A stretch of DNA of 64,000 nt from positions 2,176,001-2,240,000 of the forward strand of contig CAWGMA010000001.1 in NCBI GenBank assembly GCA_963823555.1, in the 5' to 3' direction. Numbering within the stretch: the stretch's first letter is position 1; each line of letters opens with the position of its first letter. Below, piece after piece: positions 26,142 to 35,799 of this stretch. A program made the translations under genes and the position numbers. Source of the stretch: Candidatus Eiseniibacteriota bacterium (lineage in GTDB: Bacteria; Eisenbacteria; RBG-16-71-46; CAVPCR01). The notes below the pieces were generated by a model. That model saw only the letters and a list, made by a program, of their open reading frames with translations. It made no database searches and was not told where the DNA came from.

Positions 26142-29100
26142 ATGGCCGCAAGCTGGCACATTCGGTTCTTTGGCGGACTGGTCCTCCAGGGACCGGATCG
26201 TACGATCACTCGCTTCCGCACCCAGAAGACAGCGGCGCTTCTGGCGTACCTGGCTTATCACCTCGGCCGCACTTTCCCGCGCGAGACCCTGGTCGACATG
26301 CTGTGGCCGGGCGACTCGATCTCGGGACGCCACAGCCTGAGCACAGCCCTCACTTCGCTTCGCCGTCAGGTCGAGTTGCCCGGGCTCCCTGCCGACTCCG
26401 TTCTCGTCGCCGATCGATACTGCGTGGCACTCAGCGCCGACACCGTCTCTACGGATGTCATCCAGTTCAGAGCAGCACTCCTGCGCGCGGAGCGCGCACG
26501 AAACGCCGAGGAGCGCATCCACGCGCTGGAACATGCGGTCGGGCTCTATCAAGGCGAGTTTCTCCCCGGTCTCTATGAGGAATGGGTTGGCCGGGAGAGC
26601 CTGGCTCACTCCGAGCGATTCGCCAACGCTCTCTGTGAGCTCACGATTCTTCTCGAGAAGCGCGGGGACAGCGTGGCCGCTATCGAGTTTGCGCGGCGTG
26701 CCATCCAGGCCGATCCGCTGCGCGAGGAGCCCTACCGGGAGCTGATGCGCCTCTATGCCGGGATGGGTGAACCGAGCACGGCCGTCCGCTATTACCACGA
26801 CCTCGTGCAGGTCTTTCGCACTGAACTCGACGAATCGCCGTCGCCTGAGACGCGTGCGCTGGCGAAGAAGATCCAGGATGAGCTCTCCCTGAGTGACGGC
26901 TCCCAACCGGCCGAGACGGATTCGACTCGAAGGGGCGACCGGGACCGTGCCGACAGATCAGCAACCGCAGCGACCGCCCCTGCCGGCACGGCGGCCCTCC
27001 TATGGGTCGAGATCACGCCCGCGGACCAGGCGCACGAGCGCGTGGCCACGCCGACACCTGGGCGGCTCCGGAAAGTGCTGCGACGAGAGATCCCCAGTCA
27101 CGGCGGCCACATCGGGACCACACCGGAGGGCCAGCATCTCGGCGTCTTCGCGCGGGCCGCGGACGCGGTCGCCTGCGCTGCCGCGTGCCAGTGCGCACTC
27201 GCTGGAAAGAGTGGACACCCGGCCCGCAACACGACCTTCCGCGGCGCCATCCATACCGGGGATGTCGAGACGACGGGCAGCATCTACAGCGGCTCTGCGG
27301 TCGAGCATCTGGCGCACCTCCTCACGACCGCTTGCGGGGGACAGATCCTCTGCTCGGAGGCAACGGCAGGACTGCTGCGACCCATTCTGGATGGGGGCGT
27401 CACGATACAGAGCATCGGCACCTATCGAATCGGAGAGAAGGCGGTCGCCGAGCGCATCTACCAGATCAACTATCCAGGCCAGAAGATCACCAGGTTTCCA
27501 CCGCCACGCGCCGCCCATGGCCGCCCCAGCAATCTTCCCCTCCAGTTGCCGCGATTCTTCGGCCGGGAAGAGGAGCTCCGGCAACTGGTAGGACTACTCA
27601 CCACAAGCGACATCCGTCTCATTACCCTGGCCGGTCCGCCCGGCGTCGGCAAGTCCCGGCTCGCCATCGAGACGGGGACGCGAGCCCTCGAATCGTTCGG
27701 CGGCGCCGTCTGGTATGTGGACGTCGGCCATCTGCGTGATGCCGCCCGCATCCCTCACGAGATTCTCGAGGCGCTTGCCATCGAGCCCGATGGCAAGATC
27801 GGACTCCTGACGCAGTTGACCCGGGCCCTGGCCGAAGAACGCGGACTGCTCATCCTCGACGACATGGAGCACCTTGCCGCGGGGGCTCCCCTGATTCGAT
27901 CCCTGCTCGAAGACTGCCCACAGCTCAGGGTCCTCGTCACCTCGCGCGAACTGCTCCACCTTCCCGGCGAGCGCGAGGTCATGGTCGCGCCCCTACCGAT
28001 CCCTGTCGCGGACGACGCACCGGAGAAGCTCGCCGTGACCCCGAGCGCCCAGCTCCTGGTCGACCGGGCCCGATCCGTGAGACCAGACTTCGAGCTCACG
28101 GCCCATAACGCCCCCTACCTGGCCGCCATTTGCCAGCAGCTCGAGGGGCTTCCCCTGGCCATCGAGCTTGCCGCTTCCTGCATTCACAAGATGGGCTTCC
28201 CTGATACGCTCGAATTCTTCGCGCACGAACTCGATCTCCCCATCAACAATGGAGAGATCAGGACTCGCCATGGCACACTGCGGGCGGCGCTCGACTGGAG
28301 CTTCGATCGCCTCGGTCCGGATCACCAGCGCTTCTTCGCCTGCCTCGCCGTGTTCCGCGGCGGGTGGACAGCAGAGGCCGCCGAGGCAGTGGGTGATGAT
28401 CCCCTGGCGCTGGACCACCTGGCAGACCTCGCCGATTGCTCACTGATCCAGACCGAGCACGGCCCCAGTGCGGTTCGCTTCCGCATGCTCGATCTGGTGC
28501 GGGAATATGCGCTGGAGCGCTTGGTGGTTCTCGGAGATGCAGGCCCTGCTGAAGCCCGGCATCGCGAGTTCTACCTGGACCTCGCCACGAGGGCGACCGC
28601 CGATCGCCACCGAGCGCTCTCCGCTGCGCAGCTGGAAGTTCTCGACGCGGAGCACGAGAACATGCTGGCCGCCATCGAGTGCTTCAGCATGACGCCTCGT
28701 TGCGCGTCCGTGGCCTTGCGCCTGGCCGTTGCCCTGCACCCATTCTGGTGCAGGCGCGGTCATCTGAAGCTCGGCCTGGCCGTCATTTCGCGAATTCTGA
28801 GCTTGCCGGAAGCTCCTCGGCACTCGCAGCTACGTGCTGAAGCGCTCCATGCCCTGGGACTGCTGTCCCGGGAGCAGGGCGCCTGCCCCATCGCCCAGCG
28901 GCATCTGGAAGATAGCCTCGCCATCTATCGGGAACACGATGACGCAAGAGGCGCCGCTAGTGTGCTTCACGAGCTCGGGATTCTCTTCGCTCGGCGGCAC
29001 GAGTGGGACCGGGCCCAGGACCGCTTCATGCAGGCCTTGTCCCTCGTCCTCGAGTCAGGAGACCTCTGGCTCGAGGCACGGATCCGCGGAGATCGCGGCG

Positions 29101-29756
29101 CCGCCTACCTCGACGAAGGTCGACCTGAGAAGGCAAAGGACGACCTGGAGAGAGCGGCGGCGATACGGCGCCAGCTTGACGACAAGGAGGCTCTGGCAAC
29201 GCAGCTCGTCACCCTCGCCCGCGCCCTGCAGAGCATGGGAGAGGATACGCGCGCCGATTCCCTGTGGCGGGAGTGCCTGGCAATCAGGCGAGAGATCGAT
29301 GATCTCCCCGGGGCGGCCCAGGTATTGCTCGAACTGGCAGCCGCCAGAGCGACCGCCGGGGATCATGAGGCGGCTGCGCGACGCATCGGAGAGTGCCTCG
29401 CTTTCGCTCGCGATCTGGGTGCCCACCCCACGGCAACGGATGCGTGCGCGACGCTCGCGGAAACCGCCGCTGCGATCGGCAGGACCGATCCAGCCGACTC
29501 CGCTTCAGCACTCTGGACATGCGCGGTCAAGCTGGCTGGGGCAGCCGAGTCACTGCGGGGAGAATCACAAGCCGCGCCGACAACGGATGCGGCACGGCCG
29601 GACGAGCGACTGCTGAGGGAAGCGCGGGCCGCTCTCGGTGCAGCGGCCTTCACGAGTGCCCTGGCGGAGGGTCGGGCCATGAGCTTCGATCAAACCATTA
29701 CCTACGCGCTCGGTGCCGTGAAGGAGCTTCGCTCGGACTCCAGCTTGCCGACATGA
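26142..29756 (+). CDS. Second AfsR-like SARP-degenerate cyclase-STAND ATPase-TPR regulator
   Basis: 'TQKTAALLAYLA', 'LYQGEFLPG', 'DPLREE', Walker A GPPGVGKS, 'LLILDDMEH', 'LEGLPLAIELAA', 'RFRMLDLVREYA'; own extended -10 TGaTATTCT at 26048-26056. Confidence 0.9.
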   Translation: MAASWHIRFFGGLVLQGPDRTITRFRTQKTAALLAYLAYHLGRTFPRETLVDMLWPGDSISGRHSLSTALTSLRRQVELPGLPADSVLVADRYCVALSADTVSTDVIQFRAALLRAERARNAEERIHALEHAVGLYQGEFLPGLYEEWVGRESLAHSERFANALCELTILLEKRGDSVAAIEFARRAIQADPLREEPYRELMRLYAGMGEPSTAVRYYHDLVQVFRTELDESPSPETRALAKKIQDELSLSDGSQPAETDSTRRGDRDRADRSATAATAPAGTAALLWVEITPADQAHERVATPTPGRLRKVLRREIPSHGGHIGTTPEGQHLGVFARAADAVACAAACQCALAGKSGHPARNTTFRGAIHTGDVETTGSIYSGSAVEHLAHLLTTACGGQILCSEATAGLLRPILDGGVTIQSIGTYRIGEKAVAERIYQINYPGQKITRFPPPRAAHGRPSNLPLQLPRFFGREEELRQLVGLLTTSDIRLITLAGPPGVGKSRLAIETGTRALESFGGAVWYVDVGHLRDAARIPHEILEALAIEPDGKIGLLTQLTRALAEERGLLILDDMEHLAAGAPLIRSLLEDCPQLRVLVTSRELLHLPGEREVMVAPLPIPVADDAPEKLAVTPSAQLLVDRARSVRPDFELTAHNAPYLAAICQQLEGLPLAIELAASCIHKMGFPDTLEFFAHELDLPINNGEIRTRHGTLRAALDWSFDRLGPDHQRFFACLAVFRGGWTAEAAEAVGDDPLALDHLADLADCSLIQTEHGPSAVRFRMLDLVREYALERLVVLGDAGPAEARHREFYLDLATRATADRHRALSAAQLEVLDAEHENMLAAIECFSMTPRCASVALRLAVALHPFWCRRGHLKLGLAVISRILSLPEAPRHSQLRAEALHALGLLSREQGACPIAQRHLEDSLAIYREHDDARGAASVLHELGILFARRHEWDRAQDRFMQALSLVLESGDLWLEARIRGDRGAAYLDEGRPEKAKDDLERAAAIRRQLDDKEALATQLVTLARALQSMGEDTRADSLWRECLAIRREIDDLPGAAQVLLELAAARATAGDHEAAARRIGECLAFARDLGAHPTATDACATLAETAAAIGRTDPADSASALWTCAVKLAGAAESLRGESQAAPTTDAARPDERLLREARAALGAAAFTSALAEGRAMSFDQTITYALGAVKELRSDSSLPT

Positions 29757-29774
29757 GCCCCTGAATGGGGGGGT

Positions 29775-30503
29775 TCAGCTCAGGAGCTTCCCGCCATCCA
29801 CGGCGAGGACCTCGCCGGTAATGAAGTCCGACTCGCAGAGGAAGACCACCGCGCGCGCCACATCCTCCGCGGTCCCGATGCGCCGGACGAGCGCGCGCTC
29901 CGCCTCCTCGCTGACCTCGGCGTCCGTGGCATCAGGTGCGGGAAGCACGGTCCCGGGCGACACCGCATTGACGAGTACGTGCGGTGCCAGCGCCTTGGCC
30001 AGACCGTGAGTGAGGTAGTTGAGTCCGGCCTTGGTCGCCCCGTAGGGGAGATAACCTGTCCACGGCAGAACCCCGCCGACATCACCGATCATGATGACGC
30101 GACCGCCGCGGCTGCGCAGCACCGGGGCCAGGGCCTGGGTCAGCAAGAAGGGAGCGCGCAAGTTGAGAGCGAACAGCCGGTCCCAGACCTCGGGCTTCAC
30201 CGTGCCGAGCGGTGTCCGGAAGTACACGGCAGCCGAATTGACCAGGATGTCGACCCCGCCGAAGCGCTCGGCCACGTCACGGGCCAGCTGCTCGATGTCC
30301 GAGGTCTCGGTGAGATCGGCCGCGAACGTGGCGACCTCGACCCCCTTCGCCCGGATCTCAGCCGCCGTCTCTCCCGCGGCTTCGACCGACTGATTGTGGT
30401 GCAAGGCGATCGAGGCGCCGCGCCCCGCCAGCTCGAGCGCGATCGCACGCCCCACGCGGCGCGCCGCCCCCGTCACGAGAGCGATCTTTCCCGAGAGTTC
30501 CAT
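29775..30503 (-). CDS. SDR, pteridine reductase/FolM-like
   Basis: 'TGAARRVG', 'LVNSAA', 'YGATK', 'VNAVSPG', 'FITGEVLAVDGG'. Confidence 0.85.
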   Translation of the reverse strand: MELSGKIALVTGAARRVGRAIALELAGRGASIALHHNQSVEAAGETAAEIRAKGVEVATFAADLTETSDIEQLARDVAERFGGVDILVNSAAVYFRTPLGTVKPEVWDRLFALNLRAPFLLTQALAPVLRSRGGRVIMIGDVGGVLPWTGYLPYGATKAGLNYLTHGLAKALAPHVLVNAVSPGTVLPAPDATDAEVSEEAERALVRRIGTAEDVARAVVFLCESDFITGEVLAVDGGKLLS

Positions 30504-30504
30504 C

Positions 30505-31911
30505 TCACCGTCCCTCCATCACATCGCCATGCAGTGTATGCGACGTGGAACTGTGAACAAGCACCCGGACCAGACCCCCTGGCCCGACGCCGGCGGCCGG
30601 GAACACCACGGTCTTCCCATGCTCGCATTTGCCATATAGCCGGGACGGGTCGCGGCGCGACACGCCCTCAACGAGCACCTCGACCGTTCGGCCCTCCCAC
30701 AGCCGATTCTGCTCGGCGGCGATCGACTCGACCAGAGCGATCACTTCCGTCAGCCGCTCCCCCTTTTCCCCCTCACTCACCGTCTCCGGCTGTTCACGTG
30801 CCGCGTGTGTCCCTTCACGCTCCGAGTACTTGAACATGAACGCAGACTCGAACCGCACCTCACGTAACAAGCTGATCGTATCCGCGAAATCATCATGGGT
30901 CTCACCCGGGAAACCGACGATGATGTCGGTCGTGAGGGTGATGGACGGCATGGCCGCCCGCATGCGGGAGACGAGGTCGAGAAACGAGGCTCGCGTGTAA
31001 TCTCGGCGCATGGCCGCAAGCACGCGATCCGAGCCCGACTGCACCGGCAGGTGGACATGCTTCATGACCGCCGGGTGCTCGGCCATGACCGCGATCGTGC
31101 GGTCGTCGAATTCAGCAGGATGCGGCGATGTGAAACGTACGCGCTGGATGCCGTCGACACTGGCGACCTGAGCCAGGAGATCGCCGAATCCAGTATCTCC
31201 ATGCCGATAGGCGTTCACTGTCTGCCCGAGCAGAGTGACCTCGCGCCCACCTGCCCGCGCGTGCTCGGCGACCTGCCGGATCACCTCCGCCGGCGGCACA
31301 GCGCGCTCCCGCCCGCGCACATAGGGCACGATGCAGAACGTACAGAACTTGTCACAACCGCGCTCGATCGTGATCCAGGCGTGGACACTGCCCGCGCGCA
31401 CCGGATCGACGCCCTCGTAGTGCTCGCCGCGGTCGAGGTGGAGATCGCGATGGGGATGGCCGAGCCGGGCGCCATCGCCGGCCGCGGCGATCAGGCGCGG
31501 CAGGCTCCGATAGGCGTCCGGCGATGCGATCACATCGACGGCTGCGGTGTCGCCTGTCAACTCCTCCCCGACGTGCTTCGCCATGCAGCCCAGAACACCC
31601 AGGATGAGCCCCGGGCGCTTGCGTTTCCAGCCGGCGAGCTCGGCCAGGCGGCCGCGCACGCGTTCCTCGGCATGCTCGCGGATGGCGCACGTGTTCATGA
31701 GGATGACATCGGCCTCGCGCGCGCTCGCGGCCGTGCGATACCCGGCCGGACCGAGGATGCCAAGGATGAGCTCCGAGTCGGAGATATTCATCTGGCAGCC
31801 ATAGGTCTCGATGAACACGCGGGGCCCGCCCACCACCCCGGGCACGAGCCCGCCTTCGGGCGCTGGTCGGGGCGCGCCGCCATCGGCTCTGATCGGAATC
31901 CGCATCGTCAT
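30505..31911 (-). CDS. miaB: tRNA-2-methylthio-N6-dimethylallyladenosine synthase
   Basis: 'ETYGCQMN', 'NTCAIRE', radical SAM 'GCDKFCTFC', 'RFTSPHP', 'HLPVQSGS', TRAM domain. Confidence 0.95.
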   Translation of the reverse strand: MTMRIPIRADGGAPRPAPEGGLVPGVVGGPRVFIETYGCQMNISDSELILGILGPAGYRTAASAREADVILMNTCAIREHAEERVRGRLAELAGWKRKRPGLILGVLGCMAKHVGEELTGDTAAVDVIASPDAYRSLPRLIAAAGDGARLGHPHRDLHLDRGEHYEGVDPVRAGSVHAWITIERGCDKFCTFCIVPYVRGRERAVPPAEVIRQVAEHARAGGREVTLLGQTVNAYRHGDTGFGDLLAQVASVDGIQRVRFTSPHPAEFDDRTIAVMAEHPAVMKHVHLPVQSGSDRVLAAMRRDYTRASFLDLVSRMRAAMPSITLTTDIIVGFPGETHDDFADTISLLREVRFESAFMFKYSEREGTHAAREQPETVSEGEKGERLTEVIALVESIAAEQNRLWEGRTVEVLVEGVSRRDPSRLYGKCEHGKTVVFPAAGVGPGGLVRVLVHSSTSHTLHGDVMEGR

Positions 31912-31922
31912 CGCCCCACAGT

Positions 31923-34631
31923 CTAGATCGGACCCTGCGCGTCGACCAGCGCGAGTCGCTCGATGCGAGCCGCCGCCACCTGCTCCCGGTCGAGGCCGAA
32001 CAGCGTCCGGAGGACGAAACTCGCACTGGCCTGGTGCCCCTCGGCCTGGTTCACGGCCAGCCGGAAGGTAACCTCGCCACCCCGGGTTGTCGCTTGCAGC
32101 ACGGCGCGCTTGAGATCGATCGTCCGATCGGGGCGTCCATGGCGCTCCTTGGCCACGGGCATCGTCTCTGCTCCGACGAAGGCCGCGAGCCGCTCGCCCA
32201 GGACCACCGGGTCCGCATCCGCCGGCAGAGAGACCCGGTAGTCGGCCGCCACCACCGCTGCCGCCAGCGCCGCCCCGCTCGGGGCCGGCGCCACCTGGAG
32301 CACTTCGAGCCCCTCCGGCAGCGCCGCGTTCAGCTGATTCAGCACATGCTCGGCCGCGGGGATCCTCCCGGGCTCGACTTCGACATCGAAGGCCTCGCGC
32401 GCCCCGATCACACCGACCGGGAGCGGCGGCCCGAACGCCGCACGCGGCCTCGGGTTGAAACCCTGACTGAAGACCACAGGCAATCCGGCCACGCGGAAGG
32501 CCCGATGGAAGACTCGCATCAGATCACCGTGCGGCAGGAACCGAAGCGACTCCCCGGTGGCATACCAGATGCGGAGGCAGACCCGCTCCCCCGCCGATCG
32601 TGTTCCCTCGGCCTCATCGCCGGAGGCCGCGCCTCCGTCGACCTGGGCGCCACTCGCTGCCACCTCGCTCCGGCCGCTCCCCACCACGGCCGGCTCGATC
32701 TGGATCTTGCGCGCGAATCCGGCCTTGGTGATCGGATTGCCATCGAGCCCGATGCGGCCTTCGACGCCGAGCGCCTCCTCGCGATCCACGGACAGGACGA
32801 TGTCCTCGGGCGCGTTCGGGATCCCGCACATATGGCAGTCGCCCCACCGGCAGTCGTTCGTGAGCCGCTCCTCGAGTGCCTTTCTGCGCTCCCGCTCGAG
32901 GAACTTCTTGGTCAGATCCGCGTCCAGGAGATCCCACGGCAGCACGTCGGCCACGTCGCGCCCGCGCGTATAGAAGGAGGGGTCGATCCCCGTGTCCGCA
33001 AAGGCGGCATTCCAGGTGTTCCAGGAGAACTGCTCACCCCAGCCATCGAAGCGGGCACCGCGCCGCCAGGCGGCCTCGACGACCGCCGATACGCGGCGAT
33101 CTCCGAGTGAGAAGACGGCCTCGAGGAGGCTCGGCTTCAGATCATGCCACTTGAGCCGGACGAAACGGTGCCTACCGAGCGAGCGCTTCAGGTGGGCGAG
33201 CTTGGCCTCGAGGCTCTCGAGCCCCTCGAACCCTTCCCACTGGAAGGGCGTGAAGGCCTTCGGCACGTGGGTGCCGACCGAGGCGTTCACTCGCTTGCCG
33301 CCGCCGACGCGACGGCCCACCTCGTTCACGCGGTTGACGAGCCGCACGATCGAATCCACGTCCTCCATGGTCTCGGTCGGGAGCCCGATCATGAAGTAGA
33401 GCTTGACCAGATTCCAGCCGCGCCGGTAGGCGGTCTCGACCGCATCGAGCAGATTGGCATCGGTGATGTTCTTGTTGATGACCCGCCTGAGGCGTTCCGA
33501 ACCGGTCTCGGGAGCGAACGTGAAGCCGTTTTTCTTGACCTCCCCCGCCGCCTCGGCGAGCCCGACCGAGAACGAATCGGCGCGCAGCGAGGGCAGGGAG
33601 ATCGAGACCTGCTTCGGCTTCATCGCCGCCGTCACCTTGCGCGCCATCTCGTCCGCTTGACTGTGGTCGGCCGTGGAGAGCGAGACCAGGCTCACGTCGT
33701 CCCAGCCCCCGCTCCGGATACCGGCCTCGGCGATGGCGGTCACCTGGTCGGCCGAACGCTCGCGGACCGGACGGTACCAGTAGCCAGCCTGGCAGAACCG
33801 GCAACCCTGCGTGCATCCGCGGACCACCTCGATCGCGAGCCGGTCCTGGACCACCTCGGCCAGCGGCACCGGGGTATCGACGGGAAAGGGCGCTGTCGCG
33901 AGATCCGCAATCCAGACCCGCTTCACCCGCTCGGGGACACCGGAGGCAAGCGGGCGGAAGCCCGCGATCTTGCCGTCATCACGATAGTCGACCGCGTAGA
34001 GCGATGGCACGTAGACCCCGGCGATGCCCGCGAGCGCCAGGAGCAAGCGCGCCCGGTCGCCGCGGTGCTCCCGCACGACCTCGGTGATCGCGATCACCGC
34101 TTCCTCGCCATCTCCGATCAGGAACGCATCGAAGAAGTCGGCCAGCGGCTCGGGATTGGCCATGCAGGGTCCGCCGCCGATCACGAGCGGATCACCGTCC
34201 CGGCGCTCGACGGCACGGAGCGGCAGGCCGGCCAGGTCGAGCATGGTGAGCACGTTCGTGTAGGTGAGCTCGTACTGGAGCGAGAAGCCGAGGACGTCGA
34301 AGGCCCGGAGCGGCGCCCGCGATTCGTGGCCGAACGCCGGCACGCCGCGCCGGCGCATCTCCGCCTCCATGTCCGGCCACGGGCAATAGGCCCGATCGGC
34401 CATGGCGCTCGGGTGCTCGTTGAGGATCTGATAGAGGATCTTGAGCCCGAGATGGCTCATCCCGATCTCGTACACCTCGGGAAAGCACAGCGCCCACTTG
34501 ACGGCGGCGGCCGCGAGCGGCTTCCGGCGCGCGTTGCGTTCGCCGCCCGTGTAGCGCTGCGGTTTCTCGACGAGCGCGAGGAAGTCCTCGATGGCGACAG
34601 TCAGGGGTGTTTCCGGGACGGATGGTTGCAT
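31923..34631 (-). CDS. TIGR03960 B12-binding radical SAM protein fused to TIGR03936 (DUF2344) domain
   Basis: 'KPQRYTGGE', 'YEIGMSHLG', 'SLQYEL', 'RGCTQGCRFCQAG', 'FTFAPETG', C-terminal 'FSQGFNPRP'. Confidence 0.92.
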   Translation of the reverse strand: MQPSVPETPLTVAIEDFLALVEKPQRYTGGERNARRKPLAAAAVKWALCFPEVYEIGMSHLGLKILYQILNEHPSAMADRAYCPWPDMEAEMRRRGVPAFGHESRAPLRAFDVLGFSLQYELTYTNVLTMLDLAGLPLRAVERRDGDPLVIGGGPCMANPEPLADFFDAFLIGDGEEAVIAITEVVREHRGDRARLLLALAGIAGVYVPSLYAVDYRDDGKIAGFRPLASGVPERVKRVWIADLATAPFPVDTPVPLAEVVQDRLAIEVVRGCTQGCRFCQAGYWYRPVRERSADQVTAIAEAGIRSGGWDDVSLVSLSTADHSQADEMARKVTAAMKPKQVSISLPSLRADSFSVGLAEAAGEVKKNGFTFAPETGSERLRRVINKNITDANLLDAVETAYRRGWNLVKLYFMIGLPTETMEDVDSIVRLVNRVNEVGRRVGGGKRVNASVGTHVPKAFTPFQWEGFEGLESLEAKLAHLKRSLGRHRFVRLKWHDLKPSLLEAVFSLGDRRVSAVVEAAWRRGARFDGWGEQFSWNTWNAAFADTGIDPSFYTRGRDVADVLPWDLLDADLTKKFLERERRKALEERLTNDCRWGDCHMCGIPNAPEDIVLSVDREEALGVEGRIGLDGNPITKAGFARKIQIEPAVVGSGRSEVAASGAQVDGGAASGDEAEGTRSAGERVCLRIWYATGESLRFLPHGDLMRVFHRAFRVAGLPVVFSQGFNPRPRAAFGPPLPVGVIGAREAFDVEVEPGRIPAAEHVLNQLNAALPEGLEVLQVAPAPSGAALAAAVVAADYRVSLPADADPVVLGERLAAFVGAETMPVAKERHGRPDRTIDLKRAVLQATTRGGEVTFRLAVNQAEGHQASASFVLRTLFGLDREQVAAARIERLALVDAQGPI

Positions 34632-34704
34632 GATCACCTCGGAGGGGGGGCCGGCCAGTATAGGGGATCTGCTCGGCCGAAGGAAAGCACCTACGCGGAG
34701 CGGA

Positions 34705-35799
34705 TCACACCCCGGGGGGCAATGGCTCCGGGGACCGGATCACACCTCGTACCGTATCCGCCCCGGCGGCCGTGAGGCGGGCCGAGTGCACGGCCAGAAG
34801 CTCACGAGCCGTCGCATGGATGGTCGGCACCGGAAACGCGCGGAGATCGCAGTCCTCGGCCGCATCCTCGGTGCACAAGGAGCGCGACAGGTCACGGACC
34901 ACAGCATGGCTGGCGTAGGCGTGCGGGGCATCCGGGTTCGGATCCCCACTACCCTTGAAGTGCCGCAGTATGTCGAACAGGGAATCCTCGGCATAGGCCA
35001 GCTCGGTGAGCTTGGCGCGATACTCGAGATCGATCTGCTCGAGCGCCGGGAACCGCCCGTAGTCCGCATAGTGCCGGCATTCATGCTTGAGATAGCTGAC
35101 GAGGAACTTCTCCGAATCGAGATCGTAGTCTTCGCGCAGGCAGTACAGAGCATCGCTCGTGGCCCAGCCACCCGTATAGGCGCGTCCGAACGTGGCGAAG
35201 TGGGACCAGCCCTTGATCAGGAAATCGCTCAAGAAGATCACGGTCACCTGCTGCACGGTGTCGGTGATCTCGACCTCGTAGCGGACGGTGTCCGCTCGAG
35301 CCCAGATCATGAGATCGAAGTAGGGCAGCGTCACGCCGTCAAGAGCATGGAGTCCGCCCTGTTCGATCTCGGCAATCGCTCTTGCGATGACCTCTTCGTC
35401 CCCTCCCTCCTCCGCGATCCCGTGGGTGGCCAGCACCGTTCTGAGCTCGGCGGCCAGAAACGCCTCCCCCTCCGCTCGGTCCACCTCCCCCATCAGCGCC
35501 CGGGTCCAGTACGAGCGATAGGCGCGCATCACATCCCGCGCCAAGGGCGAGGCCAGGGGATCCTCCCAGGTCTCATTCCGCGCGATGAAGCGCCGGTGGA
35601 AACGGGCCGCGAGCTCGGTCTCCTTCGTGAAGAGGGAATCGGCCCCGCGCAGGTCGCCCTGGAGCGCGCGCGAGTCGTATTCGCGGCTGCGGTCCGGCTC
35701 TGCGGGTTCAAGCACGGGTCCGCGAATCGTGAGGGCCAGCGCCGCGGCGATGGCGGTGACGGCGATCAGGAGCAGCATCCGCAGTGGGACCATCCTCAC
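34705..35799 (-). CDS. Exported hypothetical protein with HExxH motif (putative metallopeptidase)
   Basis: N-terminal hydrophobic anchor; 'YLKHECRH' plus downstream 'LEYRA'; GTGA overlap with the GH20 stop. Confidence 0.6.
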   Translation of the reverse strand: MRMVPLRMLLLIAVTAIAAALALTIRGPVLEPAEPDRSREYDSRALQGDLRGADSLFTKETELAARFHRRFIARNETWEDPLASPLARDVMRAYRSYWTRALMGEVDRAEGEAFLAAELRTVLATHGIAEEGGDEEVIARAIAEIEQGGLHALDGVTLPYFDLMIWARADTVRYEVEITDTVQQVTVIFLSDFLIKGWSHFATFGRAYTGGWATSDALYCLREDYDLDSEKFLVSYLKHECRHYADYGRFPALEQIDLEYRAKLTELAYAEDSLFDILRHFKGSGDPNPDAPHAYASHAVVRDLSRSLCTEDAAEDCDLRAFPVPTIHATARELLAVHSARLTAAGADTVRGVIRSPEPLPPGV

